DNA of 64,000 nucleotides, taken from the NCBI GenBank assembly GCA_017415555.1, contig JAFQGF010000010.1, positions 1,272-65,271 on the forward strand, read 5' to 3'. Every line of letters begins with the position of its first letter. The stretch's first letter is position 1. Source of the DNA: Akkermansia sp. (GTDB lineage Bacteria; Verrucomicrobiota; Verrucomicrobiia; Verrucomicrobiales; Akkermansiaceae). The notes beneath the pieces were generated by a model. It saw only the letters and a program-made list of their open reading frames with translations, did not search any database and was not told where the DNA came from. Below are positions 26,427-36,663 of the stretch, in pieces. Position numbers and translations under genes: made by a program.

Positions 26427-28025
26427 CTATTCGTAATATGTATGGCGGCGTGGGTCCACTGCTTCTCTGATGGATTCTCCCACAAAGGTAACAAGCACCA
26501 GCACCAGAACAAGAGAGAAGAAGGCAGAAGACACTACCCAGGGAGATGATAACTTGGAAAGCCCGTCATTGAGCAAACGCCCCCAGCTGGCATAGGAATC
26601 CGGCAGGCCGAATCCCAGATAGTCCAGAGAAGCGAGAGAAAGCACCACCGCCGCCAGACTGAAAGGCAGCAGAGTCACGATAATACCGGTGAGATTCGGA
26701 AGAATATGGCGCAGGAGAATATGGAAAGTACCGCCCCCCATCACACGGGCTGCAGCCACATAATCTCTGGCCTTCTCCTTCATTGTAGCCGTACGCACCA
26801 GATAGGAGATATGAATCCAGCCGAAAGCAGAAAGCAGGCACAGAATAAGAAACATACCTCGCAGCTCATGCGGCACAAAGTCGTTCAGTATCATCACCAC
26901 AAACAAAAACGGCAACTGAGAGAATACCTCAATGACACGCTGCGTCACCAAATCAAACGCCCCGGCAAAATACCCCATCAGCATACCACAGACTAGCCCG
27001 ATGCAATAGATGGCAGGCAAATAAAAGAGAGCTGCCTTGAAATTGACCTGAAGCCCCCCGAACAAATAGGCCGCGATATCTGCCCCCTGGCTATTGGTAC
27101 CCAGCAGATGGCCGCCTGTAAGAGGAGGAGCCGGATGATAGAACACACGCCGTATATCCTCCTCCGGGGTCTGTGCTGTAAAGGTTTCCACCCTCCCCTC
27201 ACCCAGATAATGGCGCCGCTTCAGTTTTCCATCCTTGTATGTGGCGGAATACACTTCTCGCCCCTCGGCATCCCACCCCTGCACATGCCCATCCGGCACA
27301 CCACGTCGGTAGCGCACGCGGAGGTGAACACGCCCATCCGGATAAAGCCGACAGGCCTGGCCATTATACAACGTGCTGCGGTCCGGCTCGTACACCTTTC
27401 CTCTTATCATGGGCAAGCGCTCCGTGGGAAACGGCGCAGCATCCATCGTCGCATCGAAGGGGATTAGCGGCATCACCACCATACTCGGCATGCCCGGCTT
27501 CCCGCATTCCTCTTTAAGCTTGCGATAGTCCGCCTCGGCCATGGCGTCATTCCCGGTCAACCCGAACTCCGCGCCCGTAAAAATATCCCGGCTGAACGCG
27601 GGCAGATACACCTTATCCTCGTAGCACACCAGCAAAGCCCGCTTCCCCACAAGCGCCTGGTCTAGCGCTGCAAGCAGCATCAACACCAGCAGGATGAGCA
27701 GCGACCAGTACCCGCGTTTCAATTTGCGGAACTGTGCCCAGCGCTTGGCAATAATCGGCGCAACTCTCATACTGGCAGAACTTCGCAATAACAGGTAGAG
27801 TGCTACCGGCAGCGCCATCAGCATGCACAGCCAGCCAAACCAGTGAAAACGCCCATCCACAGCCAATAAGGGGCAGAGCTCTGCCGAAGCTGACAGGATA
27901 CTCATTTCTCGACTCACCGTGAAAGGCCAGGAAATGGTGGGCAGGAGCCACCCACACATCTCTGCCACGCAGCCCAGAAGAGCAGCGAGCAGCAACAGCA
28001 CAGCAATGGTTATTCTCCCTTTCAC
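26427..28025 (-). CDS. ABC permease (YejE/OppC-like) with a periplasmic insertion
   Basis: HLLGT..QG.D, DYVAAARVMG, RHILPN, LDYLGFGLP and SWG.LL. Confidence 0.9.
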   Translation of the reverse strand: MKGRITIAVLLLLAALLGCVAEMCGWLLPTISWPFTVSREMSILSASAELCPLLAVDGRFHWFGWLCMLMALPVALYLLLRSSASMRVAPIIAKRWAQFRKLKRGYWSLLILLVLMLLAALDQALVGKRALLVCYEDKVYLPAFSRDIFTGAEFGLTGNDAMAEADYRKLKEECGKPGMPSMVVMPLIPFDATMDAAPFPTERLPMIRGKVYEPDRSTLYNGQACRLYPDGRVHLRVRYRRGVPDGHVQGWDAEGREVYSATYKDGKLKRRHYLGEGRVETFTAQTPEEDIRRVFYHPAPPLTGGHLLGTNSQGADIAAYLFGGLQVNFKAALFYLPAIYCIGLVCGMLMGYFAGAFDLVTQRVIEVFSQLPFLFVVMILNDFVPHELRGMFLILCLLSAFGWIHISYLVRTATMKEKARDYVAAARVMGGGTFHILLRHILPNLTGIIVTLLPFSLAAVVLSLASLDYLGFGLPDSYASWGRLLNDGLSKLSSPWVVSSAFFSLVLVLVLVTFVGESIREAVDPRRHTYYE

Positions 28026-29395
28026 GAATCGAAACGAATACGCGGGTCTATAAAAGCAACAAGTATATCGGAAAGCTGGTTGCCCACCACAATGAACACC
28101 GAACAGAGCACCAGAGTGCCCATAATAAGCGAGTAATCCTTATCCATGAGCGCCTGGAAACTCAACATCCCGAACCCCTGAATATCGAACACCCGCTCAA
28201 TGAGCAGAGACCCGGCCACCACACCACCGAATGTGCTGCCCAGCGTAGACGCCAGGGGAATGACCGAGTTACGGAAAGCGTGCTTCCACACCGCACGGCG
28301 GAATGGCACACCCTTGGAAACAGCCGTTCTCACATAATCTGCCGACAGATGCTCCATGAGATTGTTCTTCAGCATCATGGCAATCATGGCAAAGGAGGAA
28401 ACCACGTAGCAGCTCAACGGCAGTACAGTATGCGCCACAATATCCTTCAGCTTTCCATACCACGTCATTCCGGGAAAATCCGGCCCTGTGAGCCCATACA
28501 AGGGGAACCACTCCAGACGCGCCCCCAGGTACACCAGCAACACCGCCCCCAGAGCAAAGCCGGGTACGGCATATCCCACAAAAACAAGAAAACTCGTGGC
28601 ACTGTCAAAAAGATTATTGTGATTCAACGCCTTGTACACCCCGAGCGGAATACTGATACCATACGCAACAATGAGCCCCAGAATACCGAAATACAGAGAC
28701 ACCGGCAGGCGCTCCATCATCATGCTGCCCACCGGCTCATTGTACTTGTACGAACGCCCCAGACTCCCCTGCAGCAAGCCATCGTACGCCTTGCGATAGG
28801 CCACAACACGCCAGCGACAACATGCCGGACTCTTTGCCCGCGCGGCTATGGCAGCAGAATCCGTCACACCATGTCGGCGTGCCCACCGTTGCGCACGCTG
28901 CAAGGGCGATTCCACCCGTAGGCGCCACCCCTCCTCCTCAAACCAAGGGTCAGTCAGAAAATTGGCAGTATGACCATCCCGCTGCACAGATATCACAGCA
29001 GAATGCCCACTCAGAGAAGACACCGTAAGTTCCGCCATATCATTTGCATCAAACTCAGCCTTACAGATTTCCACCTCCCGGCGGCGAATCCCCACCCACT
29101 GCAGATAGGCTTTCCACACAGGTTCCTGCAAATTAAAAAGCTCCTCCAGGCGCTCAATGTCGGCCTCACTCACCATAACCCCCGCAGGACCGGAGGATTT
29201 TTCACCGGCCAGTGCACCAATAGCCTGCTCCTGCAAGATTCTCTCCACCGGGCCACCCGGTACCATGCGCGTCAGACAAAACACCACAAAGGTGATGCCT
29301 ATCAGAGTGACAGGTATCAACAGCAGGCGGCTGATAACATATTTGCGCATTGTCTTGCGGCATTCTACCACACGGCACGTGCGCACGCAAGCCAT
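28022..29395 (-). CDS. ABC permease (YejB/OppB-like); true start probably MRKY
   Basis: RLLLIPVTL.GIT, PGGPVE, LGRSY, DYVRTA..KG, HAFRNS and LIERVFDI.G.G. Confidence 0.92.
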   Translation of the reverse strand: MACVRTCRVVECRKTMRKYVISRLLLIPVTLIGITFVVFCLTRMVPGGPVERILQEQAIGALAGEKSSGPAGVMVSEADIERLEELFNLQEPVWKAYLQWVGIRRREVEICKAEFDANDMAELTVSSLSGHSAVISVQRDGHTANFLTDPWFEEEGWRLRVESPLQRAQRWARRHGVTDSAAIAARAKSPACCRWRVVAYRKAYDGLLQGSLGRSYKYNEPVGSMMMERLPVSLYFGILGLIVAYGISIPLGVYKALNHNNLFDSATSFLVFVGYAVPGFALGAVLLVYLGARLEWFPLYGLTGPDFPGMTWYGKLKDIVAHTVLPLSCYVVSSFAMIAMMLKNNLMEHLSADYVRTAVSKGVPFRRAVWKHAFRNSVIPLASTLGSTFGGVVAGSLLIERVFDIQGFGMLSFQALMDKDYSLIMGTLVLCSVFIVVGNQLSDILVAFIDPRIRFDS

Positions 29396-29442
29396 TAGTG
29401 AGGATTTTCAGAGCAAACCCGGGTTGCAAAGGACATTTTGCC

Positions 29443-30831
29443 TCAGTTCAACTCACCATCAACATCATCGATATCGTCTGAGCCCTCGGCAAAGAGCTCG
29501 TAAGCGATGGAGTCCACGATGGCGACCTCCGCAAACTCACCCACGGGCAATGAGGGGTCGACGTGGATGGTACCATCCACGTCCGGCGCATCCCAGGGGC
29601 CGCGGGCGATACCGGGGGCATCCACCAACACGCGAATCGTCTGCCCCACGCACTCCTGCCCGATTTCATCGGCTATGCCGGCCAGAATCATAGAAAGCTC
29701 GTTGGCGCGGCGTTTGCGGGTAGCATGGTGCACCTGGCCTTTCATTCTGGCAGCCAGGGAGCCCTCCTCCCGGGAATAGGGGAACACGCCGGCACGCTCA
29801 AAACGGAACTCGCGGATGAAGTCACGCAGCTCGGAGTGGTCCTCTTCCGTTTCGCCGGGCAAGCCGCTGATAAACGTGGTACGCAGACCGATACCGGGCA
29901 CGGCGGCACGCAGGTCGCGAATAAGGTTGCGGATGTAGTCGCCATCCGTCTTGCGGCGTTGCTCCTCCAGAATATGCGCGGAAATGTGCTGCAAGGGGAT
30001 GTCCACATACTTTACCACCTTGTCGCAGGTGGCAAATACGTCGATAAGCTCTCGGCTCCAGTGCGCGGGGTGGGTGTAGAGCACGCGCACCCAGAAATCG
30101 CCGGGAATGGCATTAATCTCGCGCAGCAGGGAGGCCAGGGACTCCCCTTTACCGGAGTCCACCCCACTCGTCTTGCCGGCTTTCTGTTCCCACTTATCCA
30201 TGCCGTAGTAAGTGGTATCCTGAGCGATGAGGTTAATCTCCCGGCACCCCTGCTCCACCAGAGCTCGCACCTCGCGCAGCACATTGGCCTGCGGGCGGCT
30301 GCGATGCCCGCCTCGTATACGGGGAATCACGCAATAGGCGCAGGCGTGATTGCACCCCTCGGCAATCTTTACATAGGCTGTATGCGGAGCAGTCAAACGG
30401 TAGCGCACATCCCCGAAATCCGGCACCAGTTTCGACACTTTGGTCGTATACACTTTCTGGGCTGTTCCGGCCAGACAGGCGGACACAATATCCGCCACCT
30501 CACACACCTTGTCCACACCGATGAAACAATCCACCTCCGGCATGAGCTTCACCAAATCGGCAGCATAGCGCTGGGAAAGACAGCCTGCCACCAGGATTTT
30601 CTGCTCAGCCGGAGCCTCACCGGCTTCGCGTGCGCGCGTCGCGGCAAAGATGGTATCTATGGCTTCTTTCTTGGCAGGGTCGATGAAGGCACATGTATTG
30701 ATGAGCAGCACGCCGGCCTGCTCCGGCTCGGTCTTTTCGAACCCTGCCGCCAGGAGGCAATCCGCCATTACCTCCGAATCCACCAGATTCTTCGCACACC
30801 CGAGAGAGACTATAGCAAACTGAACAGCCAT
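29443..30831 (-). CDS. rimO: Ribosomal protein S12 methylthiotransferase
   Basis: SLGCAKNLVDSE, INTCAFI, EGCNHACAYCVIP (radical SAM) and APDVDG. Confidence 0.96.
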   Translation of the reverse strand: MAVQFAIVSLGCAKNLVDSEVMADCLLAAGFEKTEPEQAGVLLINTCAFIDPAKKEAIDTIFAATRAREAGEAPAEQKILVAGCLSQRYAADLVKLMPEVDCFIGVDKVCEVADIVSACLAGTAQKVYTTKVSKLVPDFGDVRYRLTAPHTAYVKIAEGCNHACAYCVIPRIRGGHRSRPQANVLREVRALVEQGCREINLIAQDTTYYGMDKWEQKAGKTSGVDSGKGESLASLLREINAIPGDFWVRVLYTHPAHWSRELIDVFATCDKVVKYVDIPLQHISAHILEEQRRKTDGDYIRNLIRDLRAAVPGIGLRTTFISGLPGETEEDHSELRDFIREFRFERAGVFPYSREEGSLAARMKGQVHHATRKRRANELSMILAGIADEIGQECVGQTIRVLVDAPGIARGPWDAPDVDGTIHVDPSLPVGEFAEVAIVDSIAYELFAEGSDDIDDVDGELN

Positions 30832-30837
30832 GCGCCC

Positions 30838-30915
30838 ATCATATACCAGCGACTCGCTTTTTTCAAGTGTAAACTCTCATTTGCGCTTGACATTAGTGTT
30901 GCAATCCTTTAAGCT
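30838..30915. promoter_or_regulatory. Back-to-back divergent promoters for rimO and obgE, both in leaderless geometry
   Basis: Minus: TTGAAA(30866-61)-17-TATGAT(30843-38)-6 nt-ATG. Plus: TTGACA(30887-92)-17-TAAGCT(30910-15)-7 nt-ATG. Confidence 0.7.
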
Positions 30916-30922
30916 GCGCCCC

Positions 30923-31960
30923 ATGTTCGTAGATCACATTCGTATATTTGCCAAGGCAGGCAAGGGCGGAAATGGCTTGGCCAGTTTCCGACGCGAGAAG
31001 TTTGTCCCCCGAGGCGGCCCCGATGGCGGCGATGGTGGAGACGGCGGCAGCGTCATCCTTGAAGTCAGCTCCGGCACGAATGACCTGCGCAATTATTTTT
31101 ATGACCCCAAGCTCATCGCAACGGATGGCATGCCCGGCATGCACGCCCGGAAGCACGGCAAGGATGGCCGCACGGTCATCGGCAAAGTGCCCCCCGGCAC
31201 CATCGTGTACCGCACTAATGCCGAAACAATGCAGGAAGCCACCTGGCTGGAGCGCGAGGGCGAGGGTATCGAGTTTGAGCAGATTGCAGACCTGACAGAG
31301 CCGGGAGAGCGCTTCGTGCTCTGCCAGGGCGGCAAGGGCGGCCGCGGTAACTGGCACTTCCGCACAGCTACAGACCAGGCTCCCATCAAGTTCGAATACG
31401 GCACCGAGGCCGAAAGCGGCGTTTTCTTCTTCGAGCTGCGCCGTATAGCCGATGCCGGCCTGGTAGGCTACCCGAATGCCGGCAAGAGTACCCTGCTGGG
31501 TGCCATCTCCCGCGCTACCCCCAAGGTAGCCAGCTATCCCTTCACCACCCTGCAGCCTATTGTGGGTGTAGTGGAGTTCGAGGACTATTCCCGCTGCATC
31601 GTGGCCGATATCCCCGGTATCATTGAGGGCGCATCGGAGAACCGTGGGTTGGGCCACGAGTTTCTGCGCCACATCATGCGCTGCCAGGTTCTGCTCTTTG
31701 TGGTGGACATGACCGGCCTGGAACACGACCCCGTAGAGGCCATCCAGACCCTGCGTAAGGAGGTCAAGCTGTACTCCGAGGAGCTGGCCGAACGCCGCTG
31801 GATTATCCTGGCCAATAAGATGGACGACCCCACCGCTGTGGAAAACCTGGAAATCCTGCGCCAGCGATTCCCCAAAATTGAGATTCTCCCCATCTCGGCC
31901 GCCATGGGCGACGGCATTCCCGCGTTCAAGGCACGTCTCAAAACCCTGCTGTCCGAGTAA
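30923..31960 (+). CDS. obgE: GTPase ObgE/CgtA
   Basis: MFVD, GGPDGGDGGDGG, GYPNAGKST, YPFTT, DIPG and NKMD; start at 30923. Confidence 0.97.
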   Translation: MFVDHIRIFAKAGKGGNGLASFRREKFVPRGGPDGGDGGDGGSVILEVSSGTNDLRNYFYDPKLIATDGMPGMHARKHGKDGRTVIGKVPPGTIVYRTNAETMQEATWLEREGEGIEFEQIADLTEPGERFVLCQGGKGGRGNWHFRTATDQAPIKFEYGTEAESGVFFFELRRIADAGLVGYPNAGKSTLLGAISRATPKVASYPFTTLQPIVGVVEFEDYSRCIVADIPGIIEGASENRGLGHEFLRHIMRCQVLLFVVDMTGLEHDPVEAIQTLRKEVKLYSEELAERRWIILANKMDDPTAVENLEILRQRFPKIEILPISAAMGDGIPAFKARLKTLLSE

Positions 31961-32712
31961 TGAAAGTCGCGGTTCTCAGCGACATACACGCCAACCTGGA
32001 AGCCCTGCAGGCTGTATTGTCCGATGCAGCGCAGCTGGGGGCGGAGGAGTACGCCGGATTGGGGGATGTTATCGGCTTTAACGGCGACCCCGCCGCCTGC
32101 GTCGAAATGGTCATGCCGCTTCTCAACGTAGCCGTGAGGGGCAACCACGAGGAAGCCCTGTTGCAGCGCGGCCTCTTCGGGGTACCACTCTACACCGCCA
32201 TGATGGATCGCACGGCGGCCATGCTGGGTGCTGAGCTGGTAGCACGCCTGCGCCCCCTGCCCCGCAAGGCCTCCCGCAGCGGTATTACCTATGTTCACGC
32301 CTCCCCTGCAACTGAAGGGTGGCAGCGTATTGCCACAGTACCGGAGGCCCGCGAGGCGTTCACCCAGTTCGGCGGCAACTTATGCTTCTTCGGGCATACC
32401 CACCGCCCAGCCATCTTCAGCCAGAAGGATGGCAAAGTCAACATTGTTCCTGTAGTGTATGGAGAGAACGCCTCTTTTACTCTGCAGCTGGAGGCAGATT
32501 GCCGCTACCTCATTAACCCCGGTTCCGTAGGCCAGCCCCGAGACCTGGATTATCGCGCAGCTTATGGTATCTACGATACAGAAAGCTCCACCCTCACCCT
32601 GCGGCGCGTGGATTACGATGTTGAAGCTGCCGCCGCCAAAATCGCACGCACCGGCCTGCCGGATTCTTTCGCGGCCGACCTGAAACGCGGCCACACCCCC
32701 ACAGGAGACTGA
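31960..32712 (+). CDS. Metallophosphoesterase (calcineurin-like)
   Basis: SDIHAN, LGD, RGNHE, GHTH and NPGSVGQPRD. Confidence 0.92.
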   Translation: MKVAVLSDIHANLEALQAVLSDAAQLGAEEYAGLGDVIGFNGDPAACVEMVMPLLNVAVRGNHEEALLQRGLFGVPLYTAMMDRTAAMLGAELVARLRPLPRKASRSGITYVHASPATEGWQRIATVPEAREAFTQFGGNLCFFGHTHRPAIFSQKDGKVNIVPVVYGENASFTLQLEADCRYLINPGSVGQPRDLDYRAAYGIYDTESSTLTLRRVDYDVEAAAAKIARTGLPDSFAADLKRGHTPTGD

Positions 32713-33224
32713 TGGAACACCCCCACCTGCCCCAGTCCGGCAAATTGCTCGCAGCCTGCACGATAGGAGGTGCCATCATGGGGCCCTGGGCTCTGCACAA
32801 CTTGGCTCTCCACCTTTATCCACAACTTCGGGTTGAGCTGCGCAAACATGCACACCCGGAAAATACGCCGCTGCCGATATTCTGGTGGATTGCCTGGCTG
32901 AGCTGTTCAGCGCTTGGGAACATCTTGGGAGAATCTCACCTGGCTGCAGCAGCCATTCTCTACATCCTTTGTGGCTGGGTACAAGTGGTATTCCTGCTTT
33001 TCATCACCCGCATTTACCCGCACGGCCTGCCGCAGATACAGCCCACCTACCGCCACTACATGCTCAACGAATGCATGGAGCTATGGCTACCGGGCACTAT
33101 CGCGCTTCCTCTGTTGCAGCTCGCCGCAGGCTGCAGCGTCAGCAGCTGCATGGGAGGCGCGCTGTGCATCCCGGCACTCGCTCTGCTCAGGCTGTACATC
33201 GGGTGTCTCCGGCACCGGCTATAA
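32712..33224 (+). CDS. Hypothetical membrane protein
   Basis: Coupled to the upstream stop (TGATG); several hydrophobic segments. Confidence 0.55.
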   Translation: MEHPHLPQSGKLLAACTIGGAIMGPWALHNLALHLYPQLRVELRKHAHPENTPLPIFWWIAWLSCSALGNILGESHLAAAAILYILCGWVQVVFLLFITRIYPHGLPQIQPTYRHYMLNECMELWLPGTIALPLLQLAAGCSVSSCMGGALCIPALALLRLYIGCLRHRL

Positions 33225-33295
33225 CACAGCCGAACGCGCGCTCCCCCCTGCCGGACAATATCCTGTTTGGCGTTATGAGCGTTTTGAGCGCTTCC

Positions 33296-33859
33296 TCACT
33301 TGTAATCCAGATATATGCGGGTCTGAAAATCCGGAACAACCGAATCCAGTTCCGTCCCATACTTCAGCAGGGCACTAGCACTGGTAGCCAAGGCCTCCAT
33401 ATGCATAATCATCCCATCGATTTCCTGTTTCTCCAGCATCTTCATGGAATCAATCATGAGCTGTATTTTATATACCCTGCCATTCACCGAGCCCTCACAT
33501 GTGAACTTCAGGCCGGACATCGTATCCCCGGAGCTTGCATTTTTCTGTTCCCACGTGCCACCGGTAAACTTCAGCGGCGCCGATGAACCAGGTATTTGCA
33601 GTCTGCACTCAGCAATATTTCCCGTCACACTACCGCCTGGCGCCTCAAATGTGAAAACCATTGAAAAATCCCCCAACTCCGGACTGGAAATAGCCCCGGT
33701 ACTCAACACACAAGTACGAACTGTCAGAGGTGCCTCCGGAGCGGAGGGTACTATCGTTTCCGGGGCCTGCGTCGTTTCACCGGAACCACCACCACCGCCA
33801 CCACAGGAAAACAACATACCACAGGCCAGAATACAGGAGAGCGCGCGAATCAGTTTCAT
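33296..33859 (-). CDS. Hypothetical lipoprotein
   Basis: MKLIR...LFSC lipobox followed by a poly-Gly linker; start at 33859. Confidence 0.75.
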   Translation of the reverse strand: MKLIRALSCILACGMLFSCGGGGGGSGETTQAPETIVPSAPEAPLTVRTCVLSTGAISSPELGDFSMVFTFEAPGGSVTGNIAECRLQIPGSSAPLKFTGGTWEQKNASSGDTMSGLKFTCEGSVNGRVYKIQLMIDSMKMLEKQEIDGMIMHMEALATSASALLKYGTELDSVVPDFQTRIYLDYK

Positions 33860-33954
33860 ATCGTAAGAGAGATAATGTGTTAACAAAGCACCACAGGTGC
33901 CTCGAATCACAGTCTACCACTCTCCTGCAAAATTGCAATAATTTTCCGAAAAAA

Positions 33955-34740
33955 TCACTCAATCACCGTCCACAAACGGCCATTACGCGCCTTGATGAGG
34001 CGGATATCCAGGTCGAAGGCTGCTCGCAGGTTTGCTTCCGTAAGCACCTCTTCCCTCGAGCCATAGGACAGGATGTTGCCCTGGCGCAGAATCATCCCGC
34101 GGGAGAACACCGGCAATATATCCTCAATACGCTGGGTAATGAAAATAATGGTAAGCTGCGGGTGGGTCGCCGCCAACTCCTCGATGGTGTGGAGAAGGAA
34201 TTCGCGGCCGGCAATATCCAGATACACGCTAGGTTCATCCAGAATCATCAGTTCCGGGTCTGTCATCAGCGCGCGGGCAATCAGCACCTTCACCTGCTCG
34301 CCGCTGCTCATAGTAGCCACGGTGCGCTCCATCAGATGCTCTGCACGCAGGCTGGCCATCAGTGCTGCGGCCTTAGTCTCTTCCGCGGCTGTTGCTTCGC
34401 GGTACAGGCCGATTGTAGCATCCGGCCCGGAAAGCACCATCTCCCGCCCGGTCCACTCTCGGTCGCCAAGCCACTGGTGCATTAGCGGACTCACCCAGGC
34501 AATGCGCTTGCGCAGCTCCTGCAGATTCACTGCCCCGAAACGTTTACCCAGCACCTCCACTGTGGCACCGAACACCGGCCAGGCATAGCCCATGAGCATG
34601 CGCACAAGAGTCGTCTTGCCCGCACCGTTGGCGCCGAGGATGAAGCAACGCTCGCCACGCTTCACCTCCCAGTTGATATGATGAAGAATCTCACGGCCGG
34701 AAAGAAATACCCTGGCGTCTCTTACAGTAACTGCATTCAT
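33955..34740 (-). CDS. Orphan ABC ATP-binding protein (ModF/YlmA-like)
   Basis: GANGAGKTT, MSSGEQ and ILDEP; H-loop reads ITQR. Confidence 0.9.
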   Translation of the reverse strand: MNAVTVRDARVFLSGREILHHINWEVKRGERCFILGANGAGKTTLVRMLMGYAWPVFGATVEVLGKRFGAVNLQELRKRIAWVSPLMHQWLGDREWTGREMVLSGPDATIGLYREATAAEETKAAALMASLRAEHLMERTVATMSSGEQVKVLIARALMTDPELMILDEPSVYLDIAGREFLLHTIEELAATHPQLTIIFITQRIEDILPVFSRGMILRQGNILSYGSREEVLTEANLRAAFDLDIRLIKARNGRLWTVIE

Positions 34741-34808
34741 TTTTTAAGATAAATGAAAGGCACGGAGCAGTTGTGCGCCCCGTGCCCTGATATCAGTTAT
34801 ATGGTAAA

Positions 34809-35675
34809 TTAAGCACCAAGCTGGAAGCGCTCGAAAGCAACCACGGTGACAGTGTCACCCAGCTGCTTGGCCACGTTGGCAACAAGCTTCTCCACAGTAA
34901 TGGAGCCATCCTTCACGAACTCCTGGCTCATGAGGCAGCTCTGCTTGTAGAGAGCCTTGAGCTTGCCGGGAAGAATCTTCTCCAGCAGAGCTGCAGGCTT
35001 GCCCTCAGCGATGAGCTGAGCCTTGGCAATCTCCTGCTCCTCAGCCACGAAGGCGGGATCCAGAGAGGAGCTGTCCACGCTCTTGGGAGCGCAGGCGGCA
35101 ATGTGCAGAGTGATGTCCTTGCACATGGCCTGGAAATCGGCAGCAGCCACAGTCTCGGCCTTGCCGCAGGTCACCTGCAGGAGAACACCCACCTTGCCAC
35201 CCATGTGGATGTAGGACACAATGCTGCCCTCGCCGGCCATGGTGTAGCGGGCGAACTTACGCAGCTTCATGTTCTCACCAATGGCGGCGCACTGCTCGGC
35301 GATGTACTTCTCAACGGTCGTACCATTGATGGCCACATTCAGAGCCTCCTCCAGGCACTTGGCGGAAGAAGCCTTCAGAGCGGCGGCAATCTCAGCCACG
35401 AGGGCCTTGAACTTGTCACCCTTGGAGCAGAAGTCCGTCTCGCAGTTAATCTCGAAGATGATGCCGTCGTTACCCTCTACAACAGTGGTAACCACACCCT
35501 CCTTGGCGTCGCGGTCAGCCTTCTTGGCTGCCTTGGCGATACCCTTCTCGCGGAGGTACTTCACAGCCTCGTCCATGTTGCCGTCACACTCGATGAGAGC
35601 GTTCTTGCAGTCCATCATGCCGGCGTCAGTCTTGGCGCGCAGCTCTTTGACCATCTGGGCGGTAATATCAGCCAT
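34809..35675 (-). CDS. tsf: Elongation factor Ts
   Basis: VKELR.KT.AGMMDCK, NCETDF and IGENM. Confidence 0.98.
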   Translation of the reverse strand: MADITAQMVKELRAKTDAGMMDCKNALIECDGNMDEAVKYLREKGIAKAAKKADRDAKEGVVTTVVEGNDGIIFEINCETDFCSKGDKFKALVAEIAAALKASSAKCLEEALNVAINGTTVEKYIAEQCAAIGENMKLRKFARYTMAGEGSIVSYIHMGGKVGVLLQVTCGKAETVAAADFQAMCKDITLHIAACAPKSVDSSSLDPAFVAEEQEIAKAQLIAEGKPAALLEKILPGKLKALYKQSCLMSQEFVKDGSITVEKLVANVAKQLGDTVTVVAFERFQLGA

Positions 35676-35709
35676 AGTAGTATCTTGTAAAAATCGGGTT
35701 AAATGGCGA

Positions 35710-36390
35710 TTAGGCCTTGTTCTTGTTGATAGCCTCCGTCAGCACGGAGAGAATCAGGCGGATGGAACGCACGGCGTCGTCGTTGCCGGGGATGGGGAAA
35801 TCCACGCTCTCGGGGTCGGCGTTCGTGTCGGTAAGCACAATCACGGGAATGCCCAGAATGTGAGCCTCGCGGATAGCGATATCCTCGTGGTCAGCACCGA
35901 TGGCAACCATCACGTCGGGAGCACCACCCATGTTGCGGATACCCTGCAGGTTGCGCAGAAGCTTCTCGCGCTCGCGAGCCAGAGCGGCGAGCTCCTTCTT
36001 GGACATGCTCTTGTACTCGGGCTGCTTGTCGAGGTTCTCGAGCCAATCAAGGCGAGCGATGCTCTTCTTGATGGTGGCCATGTTTGTGAGCATACCACCA
36101 AGCCAGCGGAAGTTCACATAGTACTGACCGGTAGCCTCTGCGGCCTCCTTCACAGCCTCCTGAGCCTGACGCTTGCAACCCACGAAGAGAATCTTCTTGT
36201 TCTTGGCAGCTTTCTCAGCCAGGAATGCGCAAGCCTTGTCGAGGCACTTTTCTGTCTCCTCCAGGTTGATGATGTGGATGCCATTCTTCTGGGTAAGAAT
36301 GTACTTCTTCATGTTGGGGTGCCACTTGCGGGTCTGGTGACCATAGTGCACGCCGGCTTCAACCATCTTGGATACGAGTTCGTTAATCAT
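35710..36390 (-). CDS. rpsB: 30S ribosomal protein S2
   Basis: EAGVHYGHQ, RWLGGMLTN, DTNADP and PGNDDA. Confidence 0.98.
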   Translation of the reverse strand: MINELVSKMVEAGVHYGHQTRKWHPNMKKYILTQKNGIHIINLEETEKCLDKACAFLAEKAAKNKKILFVGCKRQAQEAVKEAAEATGQYYVNFRWLGGMLTNMATIKKSIARLDWLENLDKQPEYKSMSKKELAALAREREKLLRNLQGIRNMGGAPDVMVAIGADHEDIAIREAHILGIPVIVLTDTNADPESVDFPIPGNDDAVRSIRLILSVLTEAINKNKA

Positions 36391-36505
36391 TGTATGTATT
36401 TATGTTGTGTGTAACCTTATGTCAGGAAACACGAGTGTGCGGAAGGTGCTGCGCTCTTGCCCCCAGCCCTCCGTTGTTGGTATTGCAGCATCAGCGGGGA
36501 CGCAC

Positions 36506-36534
36506 AGGATACACCCGCACCCGCGCAATGTCAA
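36506..36534 (-). promoter_or_regulatory. rpsB-tsf promoter
   Basis: Minus strand TTGACA-17 bp-TATCCT; ~110-nt leader. Confidence 0.7.
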
Positions 36535-36663
36535 TCAAAATCATTGTCTCAATGCAAAAAAATATGTCGCATTAAATACTTGCAATTAAACAGAATGGTG
36601 GTAGATTAACAGGGCGCACCCGCCGGTCGGGTGCGGAAGTTCAATTCTAACCACAACAAGACA

